From an uncultured Desulfobacter sp. (lineage in GTDB: Bacteria; Desulfobacterota; Desulfobacteria; Desulfobacterales; Desulfobacteraceae): 64,000 bases of DNA. The stretch covers positions 2,976,001 through 3,040,000 of the forward strand of contig OY762069.1 of the NCBI GenBank assembly GCA_963665095.1. The letters run 5' to 3'. Made by a program: the position numbers and the translations under genes. Every line of letters starts with the position of its first letter. Position 1 is the stretch's first letter. The notes under the pieces are model-generated. The model worked only from the letters and a program-made list of their open reading frames with translations, was not told the DNA's origin and did no database searches. Positions 37,481 through 48,604 of this stretch are shown piece by piece.

Positions 37481-37681
37481 CGCACAGGGGTCCCGGACAA
37501 ACGTCACTTTTTTTAAATGGATTGACTTGACAAAATTATTCTGACCATACTGGCACCGACGCGCCAGCAAATGTTGCCACATGAACAGATTACTTTCCCC
37601 GTGAAAAGCTGTTTTCATGCGCTGCCACGTCAGGAGATGCACGAAAAGAAACAACGCGTCGCAACACATTAGGGAAACCCC

Positions 37682-38503
37682 ATGTTCCAGGGACACCAAA
37701 GGAAAAGAGTCTGTGCAGGATTTGTGCTCTGTCTCTTCATGCTCCTCTGCCAGGGCACTGCCCGTGCAGACCAGGAGCTGCCCCCTTCTGACAAGGTTCT
37801 TATAACCAACACAGCCGGTCTTGCCGCCATAACGGTCTGGGGAATTCTGAACTGGGATTATTTCTCCTGCTCACCCAAGGCCCAAAAGGAGGGGTGGTTT
37901 TCCGAAGATACCAAAGAGGGCGGTGCCGACAAGCTTGGCCATTTCTATTGTTCATACAGTCTGTCCCATATCTTTACCTACACCTATAAAAGCTGGGGTT
38001 ATACCAACGATAAGGCAGCCTGTCTGGGAGCCCTGTCCTCATTTGCCATGATGGGTTTTATGGAGCTTGGAGACTCTTTCAGTGATTACGGGTTTTCCTA
38101 TGAAGACTTTCTCATGAACCTGCTTGGATCCGCAGTGGGGCTCCTCTGGGCCAGATATCCGGCCCTGTCCGAAAAACTGGATTTCAGGGTGGAGTATACC
38201 CCTGATTTTGACCAGGCTGACGTATTCACCGATTACGACAATCTTAAATTCATAATGGCGCTGAAGCTTTCAGGTTTTAAGCAGATCCAACACTCCTATG
38301 CCAGATTTTTTGAATTTCAACTGGGATATTATGCAAGAAACTATGACCGTCAGACCACCCGGGAAAGAAACATTTATATAGGTATCGGCCTGAGCCTGCC
38401 TGCCATCTTTTCAGACCTTTCCATGCCGAGAATCTCAAAATTCTTCAACTATTTTCAAATTCCGGGAACATATATTTCCGCCGGGAAAGATCTTAATCAA
38501 TAA
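37682..38503 (+). CDS. DUF2279 (YfiM-like) domain protein
   Basis: Signal peptide; GGADKLGHFY, E..D.FS.YGFSYEDF..N..G and DY...K motifs. Confidence 0.72.
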   Translation: MFQGHQRKRVCAGFVLCLFMLLCQGTARADQELPPSDKVLITNTAGLAAITVWGILNWDYFSCSPKAQKEGWFSEDTKEGGADKLGHFYCSYSLSHIFTYTYKSWGYTNDKAACLGALSSFAMMGFMELGDSFSDYGFSYEDFLMNLLGSAVGLLWARYPALSEKLDFRVEYTPDFDQADVFTDYDNLKFIMALKLSGFKQIQHSYARFFEFQLGYYARNYDRQTTRERNIYIGIGLSLPAIFSDLSMPRISKFFNYFQIPGTYISAGKDLNQ

Positions 38504-38681
38504 GGAATTCTGAGCCCCCTTTTATTTAAAAAAACACAATGATGTAAAAATTTGTATCATACGATTAGTTTCGACCAACGCACGCATCGTCCAAACAGAG
38601 TAGCAGTAATTCATCATCACCCTCCTGCCAGTGCATTGCGATTTCCAAGTGAAATATCAATAGCGTCTGATAAGGGAAACG

Positions 38682-39329
38682 CTATTTTGATTTCATTTGG
38701 TCGGCATTGAGTCTCATGTTCCGTCCCCCTGTCTGATAGTATTTTTCTAATATCGGATGGGACAAAATTGTGATGGCATCTCTCTGTAATGGGCGGACAA
38801 ATACCATTTTCCCCGAATTGTTTTTATCACTATAACCGCCACGGATACGTTGATATCCTTTGGTAGTTCCGACAAAATGCCAATTTGACGCTTTATATAT
38901 GGTGCCATGGAATCGGGTCGGATCAACGAATGTTTCAAGAAGCAATAAAGGAGATCCAAAATGATTTAACCAATCATTTTGGATTCTTCGTTGACACAAT
39001 GACAAAATTTTTGATGCTAAATTTTTAAAATGATAGCCGGGAAAAATCAAAAAACGGGAGTTGTTCGCTAATAAATTCAACCGGTCATATTGATATCGGT
39101 ATTTCCAACCTATCCAATTGTCCCTTGCTCCGCATTTTAAGGCAGCTGCAGAAAATACGATCAAGGCCAACCAATCGTCCTGATACGTTGCCACGTACCG
39201 GATAGTATTACCTATCTTTGGTAAAGCACCAAGGTAATGGTGAGCTTGCATCAATTTTTGAAATACTGAAACTTCTGCTCTTTCTATTTGCCGGACGACT
39301 ATTCCTTTAAAATCCATAACTGCCTCCAT
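38682..39329 (-). pseudogene. DUF4338-domain N-terminus of a truncated transposase gene (ISAs1-associated type)
   Basis: HHYLG, RDNWIGW, NNSRFLI, NLASKIL, LETFVD, GTIYKASNW and G.TKG motifs. It stops at MRLNADQMKS, where a DDE region would be expected to begin. The segment is AT-rich, with a possible IS end near 39429. Confidence 0.65.
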
Positions 39330-39987
39330 CTCATGATGTACAGTTTTACATGGAATAAATTATGTTGTTCAGAAATAAATTTAAACGGTTAGGATTAATG
39401 AATTATTAAATTAGAATCAATTCACCGTGTTTAAAGACCTTAGTGCTTGACAATCCATGATCCGCTGAAGTATGGTTTTTGACCAAACGGATGCGGTTGA
39501 AATCGCGTCATATTTAAAACGAAGTATAAAAACCGTTTATTAATATTTAAGCCAGGAAGGCCTGAATTGTTCAGGAATTTCTGGCTTTTTTTATTGGAAA
39601 GGAATTTTTCGTTTAAATAGAGCAGGTTAAGACAAAATAAGGAAGACAGCAGCGCAGTCCGGTCAAAGAAGCAGTGCTGTCTTCCTTCAGGGTAAGCTCT
39701 GATCACTGTATCAGCAGTGAACAAGGCCTGTTCCTCTTTATCACCATGGTAACGGTGTCGTCAATCATGGTGCATTTTTCTTTTGTCTTGACTTATGCCC
39801 GTCCACAAAGGGCCAATTTGCCCGATACCGGCACTGCGCCACTGATATGGGTGGGTACAAACCAACATTTTATTCTGAAACCGGGTACCCCCGACTTTAA
39901 CGCTTTGACCTGCGCACTATGCGCTTGAGATGGTCTGCCGAGATGGTCGGAAATAAAAGGGAATCCTGTCAGGGAAAGGATTACACC

Positions 39988-40764
39988 ATGAAAACACCAG
40001 ACGGTTATTTTGTTATTTACAGGCCCCAGTACAGAACGCCTTCGGTACTGGACCTTCATTCACGGGGACTGTTTAAACAGCGGCCCACACTTACAGCCTC
40101 TTTTGGGTTCCAGGTGCTGGCAGATCAAGAATTCAGCCTGAAACTTCAATGTGCCTGGCTTGAGGAAAAACAGATCCGGGATGATGCGGGCCAGACCTGG
40201 CATTTTGTTCTGGAGACAAGACTGCTTGATCTTGGCCACAACCTTGGGCTGGATGCCGCCACCCTTGAACAAAAGATTCCCCATCCGGAATATCTCAACA
40301 GGCTGGATCAGGATTTCAGCCAATGGAAAGAGGCATACCTGGCCAAAGAAGAAAAGGACATGAAAAAGAAAATCACCGCGTCTATCCAGGACAACAAAAA
40401 GCAGCTGTGGACGCGCCTTGCCGGCATGAATCATGATTGGGTCATGGCAACCCTGCCAAGGCGGATTCAGATTTTCAAAGATCATATTTACCATCTTGTA
40501 AAAGCGTCTCTTTTCACATCCTACCAGGATCTGGGTGGCAAACTGGAAGAGAGGCAACTGATCCGCATGATTGTAATGTTCAACCATATTTTCGACAACG
40601 ACCAGACACCAGTGTTCCAACGGATTACCTGTGGCGCATTTGATCCGGAAGATCAGGCCTGGGAGTGCTGGATCGGCTTTGTCGGCTCTGAAGATGAAGC
40701 ATTACGTATATTCAAAACCATGGATACGGTGTTAGGGCCGGTTGCCCAGGAAATAGCAGCCTGA
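39988..40764 (+). CDS. Hypothetical protein upstream of hydAB
   Basis: 258-aa ORF with an AAGGA RBS and host-like codon usage; no motif recognised. Confidence 0.7.
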   Translation: MKTPDGYFVIYRPQYRTPSVLDLHSRGLFKQRPTLTASFGFQVLADQEFSLKLQCAWLEEKQIRDDAGQTWHFVLETRLLDLGHNLGLDAATLEQKIPHPEYLNRLDQDFSQWKEAYLAKEEKDMKKKITASIQDNKKQLWTRLAGMNHDWVMATLPRRIQIFKDHIYHLVKASLFTSYQDLGGKLEERQLIRMIVMFNHIFDNDQTPVFQRITCGAFDPEDQAWECWIGFVGSEDEALRIFKTMDTVLGPVAQEIAA

Positions 40765-40914
40765 CAAGTCGGCTGTCACAAGGCGGGGGAATTCAGAAAC
40801 GTTCACGGACCGGACTGATGATACAGATTTAAACATCACAGGACGGTCCATATTATTGACTGAAAGAATCCGGCAGGATAACGGATGCTTTCAAAAAAAT
40901 GGAGGATTTGAATT

Positions 40915-42177
40915 ATGCAGGAAATGGAAAAAGTGATGTATGCAGACAATGCACCTGCGGTTGGCACTGATCCGGACACAATTTTCTTTGTCCAGGTGGA
41001 TGCCACCAAATGTATTGCCTGCGGTCAGTGCGAAGAGGTCTGTGCCACCGGAGCCATCCAGTCCATCAACGATGACGGCATTCATCAGGTGATCCATCCG
41101 GCAGCCTGCATGAACTGCGGCCAGTGTCTGATCAACTGCCCTGCCGGCGCCATCTATGAAGGTGTCAGCTATGTAAACGAAATATTTGAAAAAATTACAG
41201 ACCCCGATACTGTGGTCGTATCCATGCCGGCCCCGTCCGTGCGCTACGGGCTGGCGGAGTGCTTTGGCAAGGCCGTGGGCACCTATTCAGGGGGCAAAAT
41301 GCACGCAGCCTTCAAAGCCCTTGGGTTTGACTATGTCTGGGACAACGAATTCACAGCAGACGTCACCATCATGGAAGAGGGAACCGAGCTGATCCAGCGC
41401 ATTTCCAACCCGGACAAGGAAAAACCCCTGCCGCAGTTTACCTCCTGCTGTCCAGGGTGGGTAAAATTTGTGGAAACCTTTTACCCGGACCTGCTGCCCC
41501 ACGTCTCCACCTGTAAATCTCCCATCGGCATGCTCGGGCCGCTTGCAAAAACGTACGGGGCACATGAAACCCATAAAAAAGCACAAAATATTTATACGGT
41601 TTCCGTCATGCCCTGTATTGCAAAAAAATATGAAGGGCTTCGCCCGGAGCTGGCTGACTCCGGCTTCAGGGATATTGATGCCACGATCACCACCAGAGAA
41701 CTTGCCTATATGATCAAACGCTCAGGTATTGATTTTGACACCCTGCCGGAACGGGAACCTGATCCGGTCCTGGGTCAGTCCACAGGTGCGGCCACGATTT
41801 TCGGCAACAGCGGTGGGGTTATGGAAGCAGCTTTGCGGCTGGCCTATGAAGTATTGTCCGGCAAGACCTTAAACGATCCGGACATCAAAGTGGTGCGTAC
41901 CCGGGAAGGCATTAACACCAAACAGATCAAGGTCCCCGGATTCGGCACGGTGAAAGTGGCAGTATCCAGCGGTCTTGAAAATGCCGCCAAAATCTGTGAT
42001 CAGGTCAGAGCCGGCAAGGCAGACTATCATTTTATTGAAATCATGTCCTGCCCGGGCGGTTGCGTCAACGGTGGGGGGCAGCCCCTGAATCCGGATGTGC
42101 GCGAGGCCAGTATCGGTAAGAAATTCAGAATGGCCATGAAAAAAGAAATGGAGACATCTAAAGCCCGCCGGGCGTAA
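40915..42177 (+). CDS. hydA: [FeFe] hydrogenase large subunit (2x[4Fe-4S] + H-cluster)
   Basis: CIACGQC...C and CMNCGQC...CP ferredoxin motifs; H-cluster motifs FTSCCPGW, MPCIAKKYE and EIMSCPGGCVNGGGQP; 420 aa. Confidence 0.95.
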   Translation: MQEMEKVMYADNAPAVGTDPDTIFFVQVDATKCIACGQCEEVCATGAIQSINDDGIHQVIHPAACMNCGQCLINCPAGAIYEGVSYVNEIFEKITDPDTVVVSMPAPSVRYGLAECFGKAVGTYSGGKMHAAFKALGFDYVWDNEFTADVTIMEEGTELIQRISNPDKEKPLPQFTSCCPGWVKFVETFYPDLLPHVSTCKSPIGMLGPLAKTYGAHETHKKAQNIYTVSVMPCIAKKYEGLRPELADSGFRDIDATITTRELAYMIKRSGIDFDTLPEREPDPVLGQSTGAATIFGNSGGVMEAALRLAYEVLSGKTLNDPDIKVVRTREGINTKQIKVPGFGTVKVAVSSGLENAAKICDQVRAGKADYHFIEIMSCPGGCVNGGGQPLNPDVREASIGKKFRMAMKKEMETSKARRA

Positions 42178-42189
42178 AAGGAGGATAAT

Positions 42190-42531
42190 ATGAGCGAAAT
42201 TAAAATTTCCAGAAGAGGATTTATGATGGCAGCCGGTGCGGTTACAGGGTTTGCCGTGCTGGGCACACCGGCCATCAGGTTTGCGGGCGCAGCTGAAACA
42301 GATTTCGTGGGTGACCGCCAGAAATCAGTCTATAATGCAGACGCAAAGATCTACAAAATCCGCAAATCCCAGGACAACCCCATGGTAAAAAAGCTGTACA
42401 ATACCAAGGATGGCTTTCTGCATGACGGTCCCTGCGGCCATATGTCCCATCATCTGCTTCACACCCATTATACGGACCGCAGCAGCCGAATTGCTGCCCT
42501 GAAGGAAAAAGGATTTACACTGAATCTGTAA
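42190..42531 (+). CDS. hydB: [FeFe] hydrogenase small subunit with Tat signal
   Basis: SRRGFM twin-arginine signal; R.KSVY..D, RKSQDNP.V..LY and SHHLLHTHY motifs. Confidence 0.93.
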   Translation: MSEIKISRRGFMMAAGAVTGFAVLGTPAIRFAGAAETDFVGDRQKSVYNADAKIYKIRKSQDNPMVKKLYNTKDGFLHDGPCGHMSHHLLHTHYTDRSSRIAALKEKGFTLNL

Positions 42532-42537
42532 ACACCG

Positions 42538-42569
42538 GCCTGCTGCAGGCTTTTAAGCCTGCAGCAGGC
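42538..42569. terminator. 15-bp perfect hairpin between hydB and the TonB-dependent receptor gene
   Basis: GCCTGCTGCAGGCTT-TT-AAGCCTGCAGCAGGC followed by only TTT. Confidence 0.6.
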
Positions 42570-42599
42570 TTTCCCCCGACACTGAAAAAGGAGCCTGCC

Positions 42600-44828
42600 A
42601 TGTTCCCCGCCAAAGCTATCATCTGTAACCGTATCCCTTTTCTATTACCATTGATGACGCTTTCTTTCCTGATTTCAGGTATCTGTTTTAGTCTACAGGT
42701 GACGGCAAAAGAGGTTGCAGGCTCCCCGGATCCGGCCATACTGATAGCCGGAACACAGGAAACAACCGCCGGGCATCAGGATACAACTCAAAAGGTCCCC
42801 CGGGAAACAGAGTCATCCGCCATGACGACACCTCAGACCTGTCTCGACCCGGTGGTGGTTACGGCCAGGGATATGCCGGGTTTGATGTCCCAGACACCGG
42901 GCGGTACCGGCGTGGTCACCTCCGTTGATATTGAGAGGCATCCGCCGGTCAGTCTCACGAATATCACCCGGCAGATAGCCGGTGTGGAAAAAACAACAGA
43001 CTCCCCCTGGGGGTCAGATATCAACATCCGGGGATTAAGCAGAAACAGTGTGCTCTTTCTTGTTGACGGATGCCGGGTGAATACAGCCACAGACATCAAT
43101 GCCAGGTTCGGGCTGGTCAATCCATATGATATTGAACGGATCGAAGTACTCAAAGGGCCGATTTCGGCCCTGTACGGATGGGGCGTAATGGGTGGGGTGG
43201 TCAACGTGATTACCCGCACGGGGGGATATGCGGATGTCCCGGAGACCAGGGAGCAGATATGGGTACGCACCTCATCCAATCCGGAAGGCTACGGTACTTT
43301 TGGTCGGATGGTGTTTCAAAGCCCTGACTTATGGATACTGGGTGCCGCAGGGTACTCAGATTATAATGACACTGAAAGTGCAGACAACACACCCATTCAT
43401 AACAGCCAGTTCAGGGATGTTTACGGACGGTTTGGCAGCGGGTATCTCTGGAACCCGCTGAATGAAACCCAGGTCAACATCCAGGTCATGGAGGGGAAAA
43501 ACATCGGCATTCCAGGCACGGGGCTTGCCTCTCTTGCCGAAACCACCGACGTCACCTATCCTTCCACTCAAAGGGTGCTGGGCAGTGTCACTCATACGGT
43601 GACACCGGAATCCGGGGTCCTTGACAGTTCCAGAATACGGCTGTTCTTCCAGGAAGTGGACAGAAACGTCAAAATTGACAACTTTCCTGCGGCAGCCGCC
43701 CTTGAGTCGGCCGAACCAGGGGCTGACCATAAAACCATGGGGCTTAACTGGACAAATCACCTGACCCTTGACACACATGCGCCGGTGCTGGGCATAGAGG
43801 TCTGGGAATGGAAAATTGATGATACCGAGCGGACCAAATATTTTAAATCCGGTCTTGTGGGTGTTGATTCCAGCCTTGGCAATCTGACCCAGACCGTAGG
43901 CGGCATATTTGCCGAAGACAACTGGGGTATGAATGATGCCCTGAATCTGAATATCGGGGGACGCCTGGATGCCACCCGGGTCAAGAGTGATGATCTATAT
44001 AACTGGATCACGCCGCCCTCATCAGCCATGACGGTTACCAAAGTCCGGGACGGGGAGACAACCACAGATGCGTCATGGCAGGCACAGACAGGTCTCACCT
44101 GGCAGATCGCCCCGGCCTGGTCTGCCACCGGGGTTGCCGCAGCCTCCTACCGGCCACCGGATCTCATGGACCTGTTTAAGTATGTCAGTCTTGGCAGCGG
44201 GGTTAGCCTGTACGGCAACCCGGATCTTAAACCGGAACGATCCTGTTTTTTTGAATCCGGGTTGCATTATGTGGACCGCAGGATACGGCTGACAGGCTGT
44301 GCTTACCTGAATGACCTTAAGGACATGATTACTGAAAACCAGGTCAGTGCCACCCGGATAGAGATGGAAAATGTGGACAGAGCCCGGATTTACGGAGCTG
44401 AAATGTCAGGCCAGTGGCGAATTGCGCCCCAGTTTCTTGCCCAGGCAGCTCTGGCATGGACACGGGGGAAGAACCGGACAACCGGAGAGCCTCTTCCTTT
44501 TATTGCGCCCTTGAATGCACAGATCTCCTTGGGATGGGATCAGGCGGGCCAGGATCAAAAGGCCAAAGGATGGCGGGCGGAAATTGTTTATGAATGGGCA
44601 GATGCCCAGGACCGGGTGCCTGAAGGCCAGCAGGCGTCAGACAGTTGGCAGACTTTTGATATCAGTGCAGGATACGGGTTTAAAGCCTTTGGGAAGGGCC
44701 ACGACCTGATGGTGGCCGTGACCAATATTTTAGACGAGGACTATCATAACTATCTGGCCACCTCCCGGGGAATGGTGCTCAAAGAACCGGGCATTGGCGT
44801 CAGCCTTCAGTACAGGATACAGTTATAG
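42600..44828 (+). CDS. TonB-dependent outer-membrane receptor
   Basis: Signal peptide; TonB box DPVVVTA; plug motifs INIRGL, LVDG and IERIEVLKGP.SALYG; YRPP and GNPDLKPE. Confidence 0.92.
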   Translation: MFPAKAIICNRIPFLLPLMTLSFLISGICFSLQVTAKEVAGSPDPAILIAGTQETTAGHQDTTQKVPRETESSAMTTPQTCLDPVVVTARDMPGLMSQTPGGTGVVTSVDIERHPPVSLTNITRQIAGVEKTTDSPWGSDINIRGLSRNSVLFLVDGCRVNTATDINARFGLVNPYDIERIEVLKGPISALYGWGVMGGVVNVITRTGGYADVPETREQIWVRTSSNPEGYGTFGRMVFQSPDLWILGAAGYSDYNDTESADNTPIHNSQFRDVYGRFGSGYLWNPLNETQVNIQVMEGKNIGIPGTGLASLAETTDVTYPSTQRVLGSVTHTVTPESGVLDSSRIRLFFQEVDRNVKIDNFPAAAALESAEPGADHKTMGLNWTNHLTLDTHAPVLGIEVWEWKIDDTERTKYFKSGLVGVDSSLGNLTQTVGGIFAEDNWGMNDALNLNIGGRLDATRVKSDDLYNWITPPSSAMTVTKVRDGETTTDASWQAQTGLTWQIAPAWSATGVAAASYRPPDLMDLFKYVSLGSGVSLYGNPDLKPERSCFFESGLHYVDRRIRLTGCAYLNDLKDMITENQVSATRIEMENVDRARIYGAEMSGQWRIAPQFLAQAALAWTRGKNRTTGEPLPFIAPLNAQISLGWDQAGQDQKAKGWRAEIVYEWADAQDRVPEGQQASDSWQTFDISAGYGFKAFGKGHDLMVAVTNILDEDYHNYLATSRGMVLKEPGIGVSLQYRIQL

Positions 44829-45208
44829 GATTCCTTGAACCTTACTACCAATATCGTATCCCTTTTCCGGTCCGGAGTTTGGCTGATTTCCAGGCCCCGG
44901 ATATCGCAGCTTCTCTTTAGCGGAACATATCCTGTTCATCTTTTTTTTGCACTTATTCACTTTTTTGAAAAAAGGCACAAACTTATATCTACTGACATCA
45001 ATTGTTAATATTTGACATTGACAAGTAAGACAGCCTATTCTACAAAAGTTGGATAGGATTCATAATTAATCTGCTATAATTTTATAATTTTCAAAACCCA
45101 ATAATTTTCGTCATAAGGGTTTTCCCGACGAACTAATGCACGCCCCCGGACAGGTGCTTGTGCTGTAATATTTGATTACTTCAATATAATTTACAGGGCA
45201 CAAAAAAA

Positions 45209-48200
45209 GTGAGTGGACAGTTAACCAAGCTAAAGCGTCGTATGCAGCAGGCCATTGCCACGAAATTATTCGTATGGATTTTTTCGATTTATCTGCTGGT
45301 GGCTCTGATTACAACAGCCTTTTACCTGTTTGCGGAATTTGCCCATGCCAGGCGCAGCATCACCAATGAAATCAAAGCCATCAGCGACTCTTTGTCCCCC
45401 GGTATCGCCCGGGCTGTCTGGATTGCCAGCATTGAGCAGCTTCAGGCTCAGATTGAAAATGTGCCCAGTATTCCCTTTATCGTAGGCGTTACAGTTGAAA
45501 CCGACTGGTTTGAAAAAATGTCATACGGGATTACCCCGACGTCAGCGACTGAAAAGCCCGAGCAGGTTAACGGAATTCATATATTTTCAAGAGAGTTCTC
45601 CCTGTTTGGATACTCTGCCCCCCTGGTTTTTGACGACAACGAAGCTGTGATCGGCAAAATCACCTTTTATTCCAGTATTGATGTGGTCTGGAACCGGTTA
45701 CAGTACAGCTTTATCTCCATTATCGTCAATGTTCTGGTTCTGACCTTCGCGCTGTTTGTTATTTTTTTCCGTGTCAGTGACATTCTTCTCAGCCGGCCTT
45801 TGAAACAGCTCACAGCCGCATGCAGCCGGATTAATATCAACAGTCTGGATAAAGTGGCGGTTACTTTTAGTGTGACAGGGGAGGATGAGCTATCCATCCT
45901 GGGTCAGACCTTTAACGACATGGTCAAAAAGCTGCATATTTCAAACCAGGAGCTTTATACCATACACAATCAGTATACCCTGGACCTTGAATGCCAGGTT
46001 AAAGAACGCACAGCTGAACTGCAAAAAGCCCATGCTGAACTGGACACCATTTTTCAAAACAGCCAGGTGGGCCTGATGCTGCTGCGGGACGGCCGGGCCA
46101 TTGCCAGGGCCAACCAGCGGCTGGTTGACATCTTCGGCTATGACCATCCGGATGAACTTGAAGGGTCATCCACCCGAAAGCTGCACCTGTCCCAAAAGAA
46201 CTATAAAAAGTTCGGCGATCAGTTTTATCGTGCCATCAGGAAGGGCGACCAGACCAAACTTGAATACCAGCTTATCCGGAAAGACGGTACGGTTATATGG
46301 TGCACCCTGTCAGGCAAAGCGCTTGATAAAACCCTTCCGCCGGACTTGAGTAAAGGGGTTTTATGGGTTATTGATGACGTTACCTCCCGCAAAGTCATGG
46401 AACAGGTAGTAATCCAGGCACGGGAGCGGGCAGAAAAAGCACGGCTGGACGCAGAGCAGGCCAACCGTTTCAAAAGCGATTTCCTGGCCAATATGAGCCA
46501 TGAAATCCGGACACCCATGAATGCCATTATCGGCATGACATACCTGCTGCGGCAACAGGCATTAACGCCTGAGCAGGAAAACTATGTTGTCAAAATAGAA
46601 GCATCCTCAAGTGCGCTTTTAGGGCTGATTAACGACATTCTTGATTTTTCCAAAATCGAAGCCGGCAAGCTTGAAATCGAAACTGTGGCGTTTGACCTTC
46701 ACTCAATCATTGAAAATATCGCCACTCTGGTGGGCATAAAGGCAGAGGAAAAGCACCTCAATTTCGTCGTCTCCTACGATCCCTCTCTGGGCATGAACCG
46801 GTATGGCGATCCCCTGCGTCTGGGCCAGATTCTTACCAATCTTGCCACCAATGCGGTTAAATTTACGGAAAAAGGCGAAGTGGGCATCTACATTGACCGG
46901 GTAGAGGACGATCTGATCCGGTTTGAGGTGCGGGATACAGGCATCGGCCTGACCCTGGATCAGCAGAAAAGATTGTTCAAATCTTTTTCACAGGCTGATA
47001 CCAGCACCACCCGGAAATACGGGGGAACCGGCCTGGGTCTTGCCATCTCAAAACAGCTGGTGGACATGATGGGCGGCCGCATCTGGGTGGAAAGCCAGAA
47101 GGGGCAAGGCAGCTCCTTTATCTTTGAACTGCCCTTAAAAGAACAGACAAAAAAGGAAACCCCCCATAAAACGTTCTCAAACAAACGCGTGCTCATCGTA
47201 GACGACACCCCCTCATGGCAGAAGGTACTTTCCCGTATGCTCGAATATTACGGTATTGAAGCGGAAACAGCGGACTCGGGAGAAGAAGCCATCAGGCTGA
47301 TGTGTGACCAGGAGAAATACTTTGACCTGGTATTCATGGACTGGCACCTGCCCGGCATGGACGGCATTGAAACGGCCATGGAACTTAAAGCCGGCAGCAA
47401 AAAAGCGCCATCCGCTATCATCATGGTATCCGCATACAAAAAAGACAACATTGCCCATTCAGCCAGGGATGCCGGCATTGACCTGTTTATGGAAAAGCCC
47501 ATCAATCCGTCGCTGATGTATAACGTCATCGTGGATGCCTTTGGCGAAGGAATCAAGGATGATTACCGCCAAAGGGCAGATGCGTCATCTCTGAAGGAGG
47601 AGCTGACATCGCTTCGGGGCAGCACCATTCTTTTAGTGGAAGACAATGCCATGAACCGGGAGATCATCCAGGGCATGCTGGCCCACAGCGGCATTCATAT
47701 CAGGGAAGCGGTGGATGGTCACAAGGCAGTTGAGATTTATCAGGCAGCCCCCGACCTTTACGAACTGATCCTGATGGATCTTCAGATGCCGGAAATGGAC
47801 GGTTATGAAGCCTGCCGCCGCATTCGGAAGATTAATGCGGATGTGCCCATTATCGCACTGACAGCCAATGCCATGATCCAGGATATCCACCGCACGCGAA
47901 AAGTGGGGATGAATGCCCATCTGAACAAGCCCGTTGATGTGGAAAAACTGTTTTCCACGCTGCTCAATTACATTTCCAGGAAATGCAATCCTGTCCTGAC
48001 AGGCGACATGTTTAAAGCTCAGGAAAACGGTGCAGACTTTCCGGAATTTAAATTCATCGATACAAAAGCAGGCCTTGGACGGGTCATGGGCGATACAAAA
48101 CTGTACGCAAAACTGTTAAAAGACTTTTCCGCGGAATATGAAACTGCCGCGGAAAGACTGCCTGAACTTATGAAAGACAATCCACCCGCTGCTGACCGCC

Positions 48201-48604
48201 TGATCCATACCCTGAAGGGGCTCAGTGCCAATATCGGGGCTCAGTCTTTGCATGAAATTGTAAAAATACTTGAACAGCACCCCTCTTTGGATCTCATACC
48301 GGATTTTCGCAGCGAACTTATAAAAGTAGTAGCTGAAATTAAAGAAAATGAGTATCTTAATACCTGTACCCCCAAAACGAAAAAACACATTGTTGATCAC
48401 AAAACCCGCGAAGGATTGATGGCACGGCTGGCCCAGGGGCTTAAACGACGGCGGCCGCCCGTCATTCGTCCGCTGCTTGATGATCTGGAAGCATGTGCCC
48501 TGCCCCCTGAAGATGAAAAGCTGGTAGCAAATATTAGATCGTGGGTAAAAAACTATAAATTCAAAGAAGCACTGGCGGCTCTGGAAGGACGTACTAATGG
48601 ATGA
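45209..48604 (+). CDS. Hybrid sensor histidine kinase (HAMP, PAS, HisKA, HATPase, 2 REC, HPt)
   Basis: [33 protein letters not shown], two REC domains, and HPt motif [13 protein letters not shown]. Confidence 0.93.
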   Translation: MSGQLTKLKRRMQQAIATKLFVWIFSIYLLVALITTAFYLFAEFAHARRSITNEIKAISDSLSPGIARAVWIASIEQLQAQIENVPSIPFIVGVTVETDWFEKMSYGITPTSATEKPEQVNGIHIFSREFSLFGYSAPLVFDDNEAVIGKITFYSSIDVVWNRLQYSFISIIVNVLVLTFALFVIFFRVSDILLSRPLKQLTAACSRININSLDKVAVTFSVTGEDELSILGQTFNDMVKKLHISNQELYTIHNQYTLDLECQVKERTAELQKAHAELDTIFQNSQVGLMLLRDGRAIARANQRLVDIFGYDHPDELEGSSTRKLHLSQKNYKKFGDQFYRAIRKGDQTKLEYQLIRKDGTVIWCTLSGKALDKTLPPDLSKGVLWVIDDVTSRKVMEQVVIQARERAEKARLDAEQANRFKSDFLANMSHEIRTPMNAIIGMTYLLRQQALTPEQENYVVKIEASSSALLGLINDILDFSKIEAGKLEIETVAFDLHSIIENIATLVGIKAEEKHLNFVVSYDPSLGMNRYGDPLRLGQILTNLATNAVKFTEKGEVGIYIDRVEDDLIRFEVRDTGIGLTLDQQKRLFKSFSQADTSTTRKYGGTGLGLAISKQLVDMMGGRIWVESQKGQGSSFIFELPLKEQTKKETPHKTFSNKRVLIVDDTPSWQKVLSRMLEYYGIEAETADSGEEAIRLMCDQEKYFDLVFMDWHLPGMDGIETAMELKAGSKKAPSAIIMVSAYKKDNIAHSARDAGIDLFMEKPINPSLMYNVIVDAFGEGIKDDYRQRADASSLKEELTSLRGSTILLVEDNAMNREIIQGMLAHSGIHIREAVDGHKAVEIYQAAPDLYELILMDLQMPEMDGYEACRRIRKINADVPIIALTANAMIQDIHRTRKVGMNAHLNKPVDVEKLFSTLLNYISRKCNPVLTGDMFKAQENGADFPEFKFIDTKAGLGRVMGDTKLYAKLLKDFSAEYETAAERLPELMKDNPPAADRLIHTLKGLSANIGAQSLHEIVKILEQHPSLDLIPDFRSELIKVVAEIKENEYLNTCTPKTKKHIVDHKTREGLMARLAQGLKRRRPPVIRPLLDDLEACALPPEDEKLVANIRSWVKNYKFKEALAALEGRTNG

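Noticed and set aside
38682..39329. Druantia anti-phage system (DruA)
   Set aside because: DUF4338 is shared with DruA, but there are no other dru genes or large helicase. The context fits a truncated IS-associated gene.
42532..42599. Cobalamin riboswitch ahead of the TonB-dependent receptor
   Set aside because: The gap is only 68 nt, filled by a simple hairpin and RBS, with no B12-box.
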